The notes beneath the pieces are model-generated. The model had not been told where the DNA came from and searched no databases. It saw only the letters and a list, made by a program, of their open reading frames with translations. The translations under genes and the position numbers were made by a program. Shown one piece after another: positions 17,239 through 29,255 of a DNA stretch of 64,000 nucleotides (position 1 is its first letter; each line of letters opens with the position of its first letter). Source of the DNA: an uncultured Candidatus Saccharibacteria bacterium (GTDB lineage Bacteria > Patescibacteriota > Saccharimonadia > Saccharimonadales > JACDBH01). The stretch is from positions 36,422 through 100,421 of the forward strand of contig CAYSJS010000003.1 in NCBI GenBank assembly GCA_964431415.1, read 5' to 3'.

Positions 17239-18405
17239 CTAGTAAACACCGGTCGCGATAAAGGTAAAGGTAGAGGTATAGACACCGGATTTGGTCGTGG
17301 TTGAGGATTTGCCTACAAAATCAACGGTAGTCGCCGCTTCAGTGGTTGGGCCGGCTGTCGTTACGATAGTATCCCCGTAAGTAACTGCCAGGTTGGTCGA
17401 GTCGAAGCTGTGGTTACCGGCAGCGCAAGCGTATCCAGCGTCAACAGTATGACCCGACCCTGCCGTAGCCGAGAGACCGAACTGTTCAACCGATGCTGTG
17501 GTAGAATCTGCCGTACACGATCCAGATCCTGAGCCTATTGCGGCAATCGTGTTCGCTCCAGAGGTCAGTGTGCCCGTTGCTTTAGCGCGAACCGTCACAC
17601 CAGTAGTTGCGTTACTTGCAATGCCCAGCTTTGCAGTAAGCGGCGTTGTTGCATTGGTTGAAGTGAGGTAAGCGGTGGTAGTGCTAGACAGCACGCCGAA
17701 TGAGTCACCAAGCACCATACCGGCCACGGAACCACCAGCACAGTTAGCGCCCGTGGTGTACACACAGAAGGTCAATGTTTCCTGAACCTTAGCGGTCACG
17801 GTGATCTGCGCAGCAGTAGAGAGCGCAACACCGCCTTCATCAACATGAGTTGCACCCGTGTCTGGGTTTGCAACGGTATAGCTCGTAGCACCGGCAGTTA
17901 CAGAGTACGTGTAGATACGTGCATAAAACGTACCAACTGCGCTTGTTGGGTTCTGTACGTTATTGATCGTAAAGTCGGCAACAGTCGCATTAGTAAAAGA
18001 CACGCCGGTTGCCTGAGTGAGTAGTAGGGTGCGACCTGAGTTTGCGGATGCGGCCGTCCATGTCTGTGTATTCATCGGAGTTGTGTTCATAGTGACAGAC
18101 GGCGAGCCACCAACAGTAAAGTTGGTCGGAGCAGTACAGGTCGTGTCGCCAATAATAGGTGAGTTGGCACAAAAGTCTATAACGATACCGCGACCGGTAT
18201 AAGTTGAAGTGGTGGTAAATTTCACATTATAAGAGGTAGTAGCCGTACTTCCAGCGTTACTAGAATTGCTCATTTGGATCGAACGTGACGTGACCTGGCC
18301 TGCCGAGGCAGCTTGCGGTCTTAGTGCCAGCACAGGCACCAGGGCAAGTACCACTGCCGAAGCGACGTAGGCGATCCGCTTGAGTAAGCGAGTCAAAATT
18401 AACAT
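17239..18405 (-). CDS. Secreted Thr/Ser/Gly-rich protein, paralog 2 of 3 (SCPU/Csu-pilin-like)
   Basis: Signal peptide (VASAVVLALVPVLAL). Cys pairs FCANSPIIGDTTC and FCVYTTGANC. EQFGLSA motif. C-terminus KSGVYTSTFTFIATGVY-COOH. Confidence 0.5.
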   Translation of the reverse strand: MLILTRLLKRIAYVASAVVLALVPVLALRPQAASAGQVTSRSIQMSNSSNAGSTATTSYNVKFTTTSTYTGRGIVIDFCANSPIIGDTTCTAPTNFTVGGSPSVTMNTTPMNTQTWTAASANSGRTLLLTQATGVSFTNATVADFTINNVQNPTSAVGTFYARIYTYSVTAGATSYTVANPDTGATHVDEGGVALSTAAQITVTAKVQETLTFCVYTTGANCAGGSVAGMVLGDSFGVLSSTTTAYLTSTNATTPLTAKLGIASNATTGVTVRAKATGTLTSGANTIAAIGSGSGSCTADSTTASVEQFGLSATAGSGHTVDAGYACAAGNHSFDSTNLAVTYGDTIVTTAGPTTEAATTVDFVGKSSTTTKSGVYTSTFTFIATGVY

Positions 18406-18517
18406 ATCATAATTTCCTTTTTATTTTTTATCTATACAGTTGAAATTTAGCATAATCAGTATACGCTTGCAAACAGATATTATGCGTAGTTATCCACAGG
18501 TTACGTTAAACGCACAG

Positions 18518-19312
18518 TTAGTAGCCGGCAGTAGCCACTAAAACGTGATTCATCGTGTACAAGCCAGACGGCGTTGTATTGGCAATGTTTAAAATATACG
18601 AAATCGTAAAGTCTGTACGCCCACTACTCTTGGTCGACTGCGCAATGATATCCCCATTGGCATATTTGTAAGAGTTAGCCGTGTTATAACCGCTTGCCGC
18701 CGCACCATAGCTAAATGTTCCATCTGGTATCTGTACCGGCGCCGAGCCAAAAGAAGTGCTCGGCAGACAAAGTGCACAGGTGTTGGCCATAAGATTTATA
18801 CCAAACTGCTCGGTCCCGACCGCAGAAGCGGTTGCCGTCCCGGGCGATGCCATGGTATGGCCGTTGTATGTTGGCCCAACAGAGGCGTTGCGCACCACAT
18901 ACCCACTGGAAACATACGCTTTTACATAAAATGTAGCCGTGCCCTGCGACGTCGAAGCGACCGACTGCTGACCCAGCGCAACTGTCGAGCCGTTTACTAC
19001 AAATTCTATGTACTCATCACGCGGTGTTATTGGACCGGCCTCGGCTGCGTAATTGGTGCTGGCAGCACCTCCCACACCTAGCGCACCCGTACTTCCGTTA
19101 GCCGAATAGTTTGGGCTGCTCAGATTATTTTCACCACCAGTCCCAAAGGAGTATTCATAGGTAGAATAGCTCGGCGATGACGACGTCTGCGCCCACGCCG
19201 CGCTTGGTACCAATGCAGCCAAAAAGACCACAAGGAGCGCTCGCCAAAATGTTTTGATTACTCTTTTACTCATACCGTAGTGACTATTATATAGCGCTTT
19301 TGCTTCTTGCAC
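18518..19312 (-). CDS. Secreted Thr/Ser/Gly-rich protein, paralog 3 of 3 (single SCPU/Csu-pilin-like domain)
   Basis: Signal peptide (RALLVVFLAALVPSAAWA). CALC pair. EQFGINL motif. C-terminus FTISYILNIANTTPSGLYTMNHVLVATAGY-COOH aligns residue-by-residue with paralog 1. Confidence 0.5.
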   Translation of the reverse strand: MQEAKALYNSHYGMSKRVIKTFWRALLVVFLAALVPSAAWAQTSSSPSYSTYEYSFGTGGENNLSSPNYSANGSTGALGVGGAASTNYAAEAGPITPRDEYIEFVVNGSTVALGQQSVASTSQGTATFYVKAYVSSGYVVRNASVGPTYNGHTMASPGTATASAVGTEQFGINLMANTCALCLPSTSFGSAPVQIPDGTFSYGAAASGYNTANSYKYANGDIIAQSTKSSGRTDFTISYILNIANTTPSGLYTMNHVLVATAGY

Positions 19313-19409
19313 ACCTCTTTTGCTTAAAAATCAAGATAGAGCAAAGCCTTGATAACGCTTACGTTTTTAAGCCAGACCCTGTATTATACATCTAAAGAAT
19401 AGACAACCC

Positions 19410-20422
19410 ATGAACCAAGATCCTTCTTCACTTGAAAGCAATAGCCTCGAGACCCCGGAACCGATTCAACCCGGTACGCTGCCCGGTTCTGGTGCTAATT
19501 CGGAAGCTCCTGCGCCTGCACCGTCCGATACGGGTGTAGTAGATCCAGATGCGCCAAAAAATGGAGCAAACGGTCCGAAAGAGAGGCTGCTCGGTCGCCT
19601 GCTAGGGAAACTAAATATCTATTCGGTGCTCTTAATCGTCGTTATGCTCATTTTAGTCGTAGCGACTATTCTTGCTCTCAGGCAAAACAGAATTTCAACC
19701 AACAAGAGCGCCCTCAAAACCCAGGAGCTTACCCAGGAAGCCATCGATAAACTGGCAGAAACCTCACCCACTGTCGGCAGCGCATCCGAAACCCTAAACA
19801 TCGCTTCAAATGCCATATTTAATGGCAGTATTCTCGTTAAGGGCGGGATAGACGTTGCCGGCGGACTAAAAATAGGTAGTGCCCTCTCGTTGCCCACAAT
19901 TAGCGTTGGCGATACGGCGACTGTCGAACTCTTGGCCGCAAAAAGAATAACAGTTGCCGGTGACACCGCCGTTCAAGGCAAAATGACCATCCAAAACGGT
20001 TTAAGTGTCATTGGTGGCGGCACATTTAGTGGACCACTTTCTGCTTCCCAGGTAACAACAGACAAATTGCAGCTGAATGGCGATCTGCAACTCACCCAGC
20101 ACATCGACCCGAACGGCGTATCGCCAAGCCGAACCAATGGCAGCGCACTAGGCGGCGGCGGTACTGCATCCGTAAGCGGCACCGATACAGCCGGAACAGT
20201 TGTAATTAATACAGGCAACAGCGCGCCCGCTGGTTGTTTTGTAACCATTAACTTTACAAAAGCTTTCACGGGTACCCCGCACGTCGTTATTTCGCCCTCC
20301 AGCTCAACTGCCGCAACGCTCAATTACTACACCAACCGTAGCACCGGCAACTTTAGTATCTGTAGTGCTGGCGACCCACCAGACAACACCGCCAACATTA
20401 CTTTCGACTACATCGTCATTGA

Positions 20423-20426
<4 letters not shown>
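19410..20426 (+). CDS. Membrane-anchored protein with a Gly-rich beta-solenoid-like repeat ectodomain
   Basis: Acidic and Pro-rich N-terminus, then TM (IYSVLLIVVMLILVVATILAL). Repeats of the type GSILVKGGIDVAGGLKIGSALSLPTISVGD / ITVAGDTAVQGKMTIQNGLSVIGGGTFSG are reminiscent of bactofilin or other beta-helix repeats. It is divergent from the paralog operon. Confidence 0.45.
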
Positions 20427-22846
<2,420 letters not shown>

Positions 22847-22850
<4 letters not shown>

Positions 22851-24277
22851 TTCTTAAGCTCCACCATACTTTTTGCCCGAAGGCTTTCTTTTACCTTTTC
22901 GTAGTTCGTCTCGTCAACAGGAGCAGCAAGTTCCTTTATGCTCTTTTTTAGGAGTGCCACATCTATCATCTCACCCTCTTGGGCGTTTAAGATCAGGTCT
23001 AGCATCAACTGCTGGCCGTAGATGGTATATGACTCTCCGGGTGCCTGCTTCAGTATCTCAATCAGGCGCTTACCCATTTCTAGGTCTTTTTTGGTCGCCA
23101 GAGCCATTTCAGATCCGAAATGCGAAAATTCCTGAGCCTGTCTGTACGATGCGACCACTCGCATAGCCTGAGACGCAAGCTGCTTTTGCCGTTCGTTCTG
23201 CCCGCGTCCGCCCACACGGGTCACGCTAAGCCCAACACTCAAAGCAGGCCGGAGCCCATCCCTAAAAATATCCATATCAAGTATCCACTGACCATCGGTA
23301 ATAGACATTATGTTTGTCGGCAAAAACGCCGTTATGTCACCTGCCGTAGCAAGTACAAGCGGCAGACAGGTGAGTGTTTTGTGGTTTGTCTTCAGCTTGC
23401 CGGCTCGTTCTAGAAGCGAAGAGTGAACATAGAACATATCACCTGGGAAGGAGTCGCGGCCAGGGCTGGTGCCGGAAAGCAGCGAAATTTCGCGGTACGC
23501 CTGTGCATGACTAGTCATGTCATCATATACAATCAGAACATTTCGGTCGCACTTTTGCCACAAATATTCGGCCATAGAACAGCCAACATATGGAGCAAGG
23601 TAACTCATGATCAACGATTCAAACATGGTAGAAACAATAACAATGGCGTTTTTAAGCGCATCGTTTGCGCGCAGCCGTTCGAGCAGAGTTTCTACATCAC
23701 TCCGCCGCTTTGCTATTAAGACATACACCACAACGACATCGGTATCTTTTTGGTTAATAACCAGTTGCGTGGCAAGGGTCGACTTACCCGACTTACTGTC
23801 GCCCAAGACTGCAATACGCTGTCCATGAGCCAAGGGGAATAACGAGTCAACCACAGTCACACCGGTAACAAGCTGCGTATTTATTATTTCACGCTGATAC
23901 AAACTCGGTGCCGTATGAAAGACCGGCCACACCGCATCGGCCGCAATTGGACCCTGTCCATCAAGTGGCTCACCCGTTACGGTAATTACTCTGCCCACAA
24001 AGTCCTTGCCTACTTTTGCTACCAGCTCCGGATGCTGCAAAACCGCCACCATGCCCACCGTAATCTCGGCCACGCTGAGCAGGAGTACGATTACCTCGTT
24101 TTCATATATCTGGTGCACATAGCCTTTGCTGCCATCTTCAAACAGAATCAGTGCATGCACATTCACCGAACTGAGACCGCGCACTGTTATAAGAAACTTA
24201 TCAACAGCAATAACTTCACCGACATCGTTACCCATTTCTACGAGTCTCTCGAAGTGAACATTGGCACTCACACTCAT
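22847..24277 (-). CDS. atpA: F-type ATP synthase alpha subunit (divergent)
   Basis: P-loop [18 protein letters not shown] and an alpha/beta-type fold. Position is between delta and gamma. Confidence 0.85.
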
Positions 24278-24834
24278 GACTGCGCCCTCAGACTCGCACC
24301 AAGTGCAGCTTTATTGTCTTCGAAATGTTTCTTGAAGCTAAAGTCAAAATACTTGTTGGTGGTACGAAAAATGCAGCCCGCAGCAATGCTCGGCCGAAGT
24401 CCTAGCTGTAAAAGTACATGCGGATGTGCTTCCTGCCGGAACCAGGCGGTAATCTTCATCAAAAAATCCGGCTTCGGATCCACTGCAAAGCTCGCATGTA
24501 CAATAGGCGCGCGGCTGCGCAGTTGAGACAAAAACTCCACAAGCTGCGTACGGTCCTCTTCGCGCAGCACATTGAGATTATTCTCGGCAAGGAGTGCGTT
24601 AAGCTGCGCACTCAGCTGGGGAACAGTCTGTGTAGTAGCGCCTTTTATGGCCGCTTGGGCGAAAAAAGCCACTATTCCGTCCACTTCGCGGCTCAAGCGC
24701 GAAACATCTGCCTTGGTGATTACCTGAATCGGAAGTTTAAGCACTACCGGAGCCGGCACCGCCATTTCGCTGCGCAAGCGCTCCCGTACTATATCGGCAG
24801 CAGAGCGAGTGTGTTGACTAGAATCAGGCGCCAC
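24274..24834 (-). CDS. atpH: F-type ATP synthase delta (OSCP) subunit, divergent
   Basis: Position between b and alpha. 186 aa. C-terminal FAVDPKP...[28 protein letters not shown] resembles the OSCP C-terminus. The start probably lies further downstream (MAVPAPVV). Confidence 0.55.
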   Translation of the reverse strand: MAPDSSQHTRSAADIVRERLRSEMAVPAPVVLKLPIQVITKADVSRLSREVDGIVAFFAQAAIKGATTQTVPQLSAQLNALLAENNLNVLREEDRTQLVEFLSQLRSRAPIVHASFAVDPKPDFLMKITAWFRQEAHPHVLLQLGLRPSIAAGCIFRTTNKYFDFSFKKHFEDNKAALGASLRAQS

Positions 24835-25441
24835 TACGGATGTCCTCTACCATCGTCGTCTTATTCGCTTCCATCTCGCCCAAGATATATTCCAGCTGAT
24901 CACTGAGGTCAATTTCGTTCCCTACCGCATCAAGCACATAATGGTTCACAATCTCCGCCATATGATCTTCGAATCGTTTAACGAGCCGCTCACGTTCCGC
25001 CTCAAACTCCTTTTCAAGATTGGCATGCAGCACTTGCCGCTCTTCTTCTATAGCAGACTGCGTCTTGGCGATGGAATTAATAGCGAGCTGTTTAGCGTCG
25101 TCTATTGACTGCTCATACTTACTAAATTCTTCTTGAAGGGTTTTGGTGATCTCTCCCTTCATATATTCATTTAGTTGCGAGGTAGTCAGTCGCAGATCCT
25201 GCTGCAAAAACATAGCGTTTTCGCCGATTATCTTTTCAAAATGGAGTCGCGCACGGTTACGAAGCTCCTCACGAAATTCGTCGTTAAATATCCGCTCCAC
25301 ATCCTTTTCGGCGGCTTCGGTATATACTTCGCTCTCGCTCTTTGCTTTTTTGTGCCCGCCCAAAGAGTAAGCTACCCAGCAAAAGGCCGCCGCCACGCTT
25401 AAGAGCGAACCAACTACTAGTGCCAACCCCCATGTATTCAT
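24824..25441 (-). CDS. atpF: F-type ATP synthase b subunit
   Basis: Single N-terminal TM (WGLALVVGSLLSVAAAFCWVAY) followed by a long charged coiled-coil. It is the first gene of the atp block. Confidence 0.6.
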   Translation of the reverse strand: MNTWGLALVVGSLLSVAAAFCWVAYSLGGHKKAKSESEVYTEAAEKDVERIFNDEFREELRNRARLHFEKIIGENAMFLQQDLRLTTSQLNEYMKGEITKTLQEEFSKYEQSIDDAKQLAINSIAKTQSAIEEERQVLHANLEKEFEAERERLVKRFEDHMAEIVNHYVLDAVGNEIDLSDQLEYILGEMEANKTTMVEDIRSGA

Positions 25442-25472
25442 TTTTGTTACTTCCCCACCTGTCCCATTCCGC

Positions 25473-26318
25473 TTATAGTTTCAATAGTAAATATACCGCA
25501 ATTACGCTAATCACGAAAACGGTAAGGCTCAAAAAGTAGACTCCTGTGACACTTTTTACAATACTTTTCCTGCTGAGCGGATTGCGTCCGATCGAAATAA
25601 TACCGCTTTTTATACCAGCATAGAGTATAACGCCGGCTATAAGCGTGCCGACTGCAAAAATAATGGTGCTTAAATATAGACGCAGTGCACTGACCGCTTT
25701 TCCGGCAATTGCTTCGGCAGCCCGATTAAGAAGCAATGGCGCACCGTTATCGCTCTTTGCAAGCGGATTGCGGGCAACCGCAATTTCTACCGATATAGTG
25801 CCTAAATTAATGGGGCGCTGACCGCCCTTGCCGTCCGTAAGCGAAGCGGTACTGAGTACGTTATGGACGCCGTCAAAACTTGTCACTGCACGACCTAAGA
25901 TATTACGCTGCTGGTCGGTTGCCTTCATGCCTATGCCGCTGATGGCAGAAAGCGTTACATAGTCTGACGCGCTAATAGCACCTTCTTGGTCACTAACAAG
26001 TACGTCGTACTTGCCTGACGTAGCGACAAATATCTGCTTATTTTCCGCCGAAACCGTTATTGGGGAGTCATTGGGGTTAACAACAACGCCCAATATATTG
26101 CTTATTTTAGTCGTATCGATAGGAACAACCTTCGACGCATCTTTTTCGTCGAGGCCCACAATCATGCCGCGCCTCAAGGTTTGGTCACTCGCATAGGCTC
26201 TGGTGACACTTTGCGCCGAAAGAACACCGGTGAGTTTAACCGCAATAAGCAAGCTCAAACCAAATACCGCGGCAAACCTCTTAAGACTCAAGATGCTCCG
26301 GATTTTTTGTAAGCTCAT
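25473..26318 (-). CDS. Membrane protein with an N-terminal TM/signal, an extracytoplasmic domain of about 190 aa, and a C-terminal two-helix hairpin that resembles an F-ATPase c-subunit but lacks the carboxylate
   Basis: C-terminus AVGTLIAGVILYAGIKSGIISIGRNPLSRKSIVKSVTGVYFLSLTVFVISVIAVYLL is compared with c-subunit GLGALGAGIGNG...IARQPEL...FIGVALVEALPIIG. There is a Gly-rich helix 1 and an R-N/Q-P loop, but no Glu/Asp in helix 2. It sits where atpB/atpE would be expected. Confidence 0.4.
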   Translation of the reverse strand: MSLQKIRSILSLKRFAAVFGLSLLIAVKLTGVLSAQSVTRAYASDQTLRRGMIVGLDEKDASKVVPIDTTKISNILGVVVNPNDSPITVSAENKQIFVATSGKYDVLVSDQEGAISASDYVTLSAISGIGMKATDQQRNILGRAVTSFDGVHNVLSTASLTDGKGGQRPINLGTISVEIAVARNPLAKSDNGAPLLLNRAAEAIAGKAVSALRLYLSTIIFAVGTLIAGVILYAGIKSGIISIGRNPLSRKSIVKSVTGVYFLSLTVFVISVIAVYLLLKL

Positions 26319-26349
26319 GTTCTACATAGTATACCGCTTATGTGCGATA

Positions 26350-27519
26350 TCATACAACAGAGATACGCGAGGCAGTACGGGAGAGTTCCGAAAGGGTTTT
26401 AACAAATTGCCGCACGTCTTCTTCGCTCGTGTCCCTGCCCATAGTGATCCGAAGACTGGAACGCGCTTCTTCATCAGTCAGTCCAATGGCGCGTAGCACG
26501 TGCGACGGTTCTTCGCTGCTAGCACTGCACGCCGAACCAACTGCCACCATAAAACCCTTTTCATCAAGCGCCATCATAAGCCGCTCGTTATCTTCGCCGG
26601 GAAGAGTTATGTGAATATTGTTCGGAACGCGATGCGACCGACTCCCGTTTATGTGCACAGAGGGGATGGTTTCTTCCAGCAGATCATAAGCCAACGACTG
26701 CAACCCCATCATTCGTTTCGATTCTGATTCTTTTAGGTCATGCGCGTCTTCGAGTGCGGTTGCCAGGCCAACTATATTTGTAACACTCTCCGTACCACTG
26801 CGAAGAGACCGCTCTTGCCCGCCGCCATGTATGAGCGGCGTGAGCTGCACACCGGTTTTTACGTATAGTACTCCACTCGCCTTCGGCCCATATATTTTGC
26901 CGCCATTGAGCGTCATAAGGTCTACACCAAGCGTATTAACAAGCACGTGCAAATAGTTCGGTGCTTGCGCCGCATCGGTGTGTAAATAAAGCGGCAAGGT
27001 GTTGCCGGCTTTGACCCGCTCCCGCACAATCTCTTTGATAATTTTTGCTATTTCCGCAATTGGCTGCACGGTTCCAATTTCGTTATTCACATACATAACA
27101 CTTACCAAAACCGTCCGGTCATCGATGGATTTTTGCAGTTCGTCTAAGTCAATCCGTCCATCCGGCTTAACATTTACAACTTTATTCGGAAACAATGCCG
27201 CTGCCCGCAGAACCGCTTCGTGCTCTACCGCACTAACCACGCAGTTCGCATCCGGAAACTGCTGCATTACCCCCAGAACAGCTAGGTTATCCGACTCCGT
27301 GCCGCCGGCAGTAAAAATTACTTCGCCTGGCCGCGCTCCGATTATTTTTGCCACGCTCGCCCGGGCACCATCTACCGCTTCTCGTACTTTTTGCGCAGCC
27401 AGATACTGTGCCGAAGGATTATAAAACTGTACAGAAAAATAAGGTTCCATTGCCTCTTTAACGTGCGTGCTCATAGGTGTTGCCGCCGCATGGTCAAGGT
27501 AAATGGATACTGGTTTCAT
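26350..27519 (-). CDS. Cysteine desulfurase (class V aminotransferase, NifS/IscS type)
   Basis: IYLDHAAATP start, FTAGGTESDNLA, a PLP-lysine region and the C-terminal active-site Cys loop (VGSACSASSEEPSHVL). Confidence 0.85.
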   Translation of the reverse strand: MKPVSIYLDHAAATPMSTHVKEAMEPYFSVQFYNPSAQYLAAQKVREAVDGARASVAKIIGARPGEVIFTAGGTESDNLAVLGVMQQFPDANCVVSAVEHEAVLRAAALFPNKVVNVKPDGRIDLDELQKSIDDRTVLVSVMYVNNEIGTVQPIAEIAKIIKEIVRERVKAGNTLPLYLHTDAAQAPNYLHVLVNTLGVDLMTLNGGKIYGPKASGVLYVKTGVQLTPLIHGGGQERSLRSGTESVTNIVGLATALEDAHDLKESESKRMMGLQSLAYDLLEETIPSVHINGSRSHRVPNNIHITLPGEDNERLMMALDEKGFMVAVGSACSASSEEPSHVLRAIGLTDEEARSSLRITMGRDTSEEDVRQFVKTLSELSRTASRISVV

Positions 27520-27567
27520 ACTGTGTAGTAGTATACCTTACATCTGTTTTAGGAAAGCCAAAAAGTA

Positions 27568-27942
27568 TTAGAGATAGGCAGCGTACAACTCGGTACGTAT
27601 TTTGTTTTCATAAATCTTCGTTGCCTGCAGCAGACGCTCAGCTTCTTCAAGCGAAACACTCTGGTATGACTGACCATCCTGCGCCTTTAGTATGCCGGTA
27701 GGACGTATATCATAACGGGTAGTCTTATAGCGCAGCTGTTTTTTATTATCCAGCCACTCTTCATGCCAAACCCATGTATGCTCATCAAGACAAAAGAACT
27801 CACGCTTACCGCCTTTTGGCATCGGGCCGAATATTGCTCCGCCGATTTTTGCCTCACGGCGAATAAGGCTCCGATATAGTTCCGCGCCTTGATCTTCCGC
27901 GCGCTGGGTTCTAGCGCCACTAAGCAGCTTTTGGAAAATCAT
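27568..27942 (-). CDS. Hypothetical small protein (124 aa)
   Basis: ORF on the same strand as its neighbours with protein-like composition. No motif recognised. Confidence 0.35.
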   Translation of the reverse strand: MIFQKLLSGARTQRAEDQGAELYRSLIRREAKIGGAIFGPMPKGGKREFFCLDEHTWVWHEEWLDNKKQLRYKTTRYDIRPTGILKAQDGQSYQSVSLEEAERLLQATKIYENKIRTELYAAYL

Positions 27943-28444
27943 GTTCTTCTCCTTGCGGCACAGATGCCGTAATCATACGCTCTTTGGCCTCGTCGGCAGA
28001 TATAGCTGACCCATTTACGGCAGCACGAATAGCGCTCAGATCTACTACATTAGCAGCAACCGTTGGCTCGACCGCTGCTTCTTCGCGTGCAAGTTCATGG
28101 ACCATGCTATCAAGCAGGTGTTGGTCAATTTCTACCTCAGAATCTAGTATAGTTGGAGCCAGCTGCTCAGCTTGCTGAGCGGGTTCTGGTGTAGTGTGCT
28201 GCAAAGTTGCCTCTGTAGGCCACTCTGACTGCTTCTCTTCTATAAGCTCAGCGTACCGGGTCCTAAAGATATGCTGGACCTTATGGCGGGATTTGCTCCG
28301 CTCTGCGGCACGGGTAAACCCGACAGCCCTCTCCACATCGAAGTTCGAGCGTGAAACAATCGACACCCTATGCTGAGGCAGAGACCGTACGGTCTCTTTC
28401 AATACGTCGTGTGTGAATGGTCCCAATGAACCAAAAGGTCTCAT
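27920..28444 (-). CDS. Hypothetical protein (174 aa)
   Basis: ORF between tatD and the previous hypothetical, overlapping the latter by 23 bp. No motif recognised. Confidence 0.35.
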   Translation of the reverse strand: MRPFGSLGPFTHDVLKETVRSLPQHRVSIVSRSNFDVERAVGFTRAAERSKSRHKVQHIFRTRYAELIEEKQSEWPTEATLQHTTPEPAQQAEQLAPTILDSEVEIDQHLLDSMVHELAREEAAVEPTVAANVVDLSAIRAAVNGSAISADEAKERMITASVPQGEEHDFPKAA

Positions 28445-29247
28445 AGCAGATTAAACAATTCCTTTGCATTTACAGTGGTGGCCGCGGCCAACTTTTCTAA
28501 GCTCTCGTTACGGAGTTCACTTAAAAATTCCCCTGTCACTCGAACATACTTTGACTCGCAGATTTTACCACGGAACGGTTTTGGTGTCAAGAAAGGAGCA
28601 TCCGTTTCCAGAAGCAATTTTTCAAGCGGCACGGCTCTTGCTGCCGCGAGCTGCTCCTCGTTTTTAGTAAATGTCATAATACCATTAAGCCCCACATATA
28701 GACCTCTTTTGAGTATTTGTTCGAGATCATTTGTAGAACTGCTAAAACTGTGTACCACCCCTTTTAGTCCGTCATATGAGTCGAATATCGGCCAAAAGTC
28801 ATCAAATGCTTCCCGTACATGAAAAATGAGCGGTTTTGCATACTCTTTGGCCACATCAAGCTGAAAGCGAAGTAGCTTAATTTGATCTTCTTTAGGTGAA
28901 TGCTCGTAGTAATAGTCCAGTCCTATTTCGCCTATCGCCACCACTTTAGGACTGCCCGCTAGGTCGCGGAACGACTGCAGAGCAGCGTGATCGTGCACAT
29001 ACTGCGCGCCTTCGTGCGGGTGCAATCCAATCGCCGCCCACACATTTTCATGACGGGCGGCAAATTCTACCGCCATACGGCTATCTTCTAAGGTACAGCC
29101 AACAACAATTAACCGGGTAACGCCCGCAAGGGCAGCGTCTTGAATGACTTTTTCCGGGTCCAGCGGAAAATCCACAAAGTGTATATGACAATGCGTATCA
29201 ACCAGTTCAATTCCATCCGAACCTTGCGGGGCGCTGCTGTTAGCCAT
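28441..29247 (-). CDS. tatD: TatD-family metal-dependent hydrolase / DNase
   Basis: VDTHCHI at the N-terminus, GLHPHE and the TatD TIM-barrel His/Glu/Asp pattern. It overlaps the upstream ORF by 4 bp. Confidence 0.85.
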   Translation of the reverse strand: MANSSAPQGSDGIELVDTHCHIHFVDFPLDPEKVIQDAALAGVTRLIVVGCTLEDSRMAVEFAARHENVWAAIGLHPHEGAQYVHDHAALQSFRDLAGSPKVVAIGEIGLDYYYEHSPKEDQIKLLRFQLDVAKEYAKPLIFHVREAFDDFWPIFDSYDGLKGVVHSFSSSTNDLEQILKRGLYVGLNGIMTFTKNEEQLAAARAVPLEKLLLETDAPFLTPKPFRGKICESKYVRVTGEFLSELRNESLEKLAAATTVNAKELFNLL

Positions 29248-29255
29248 ACTAGCCT

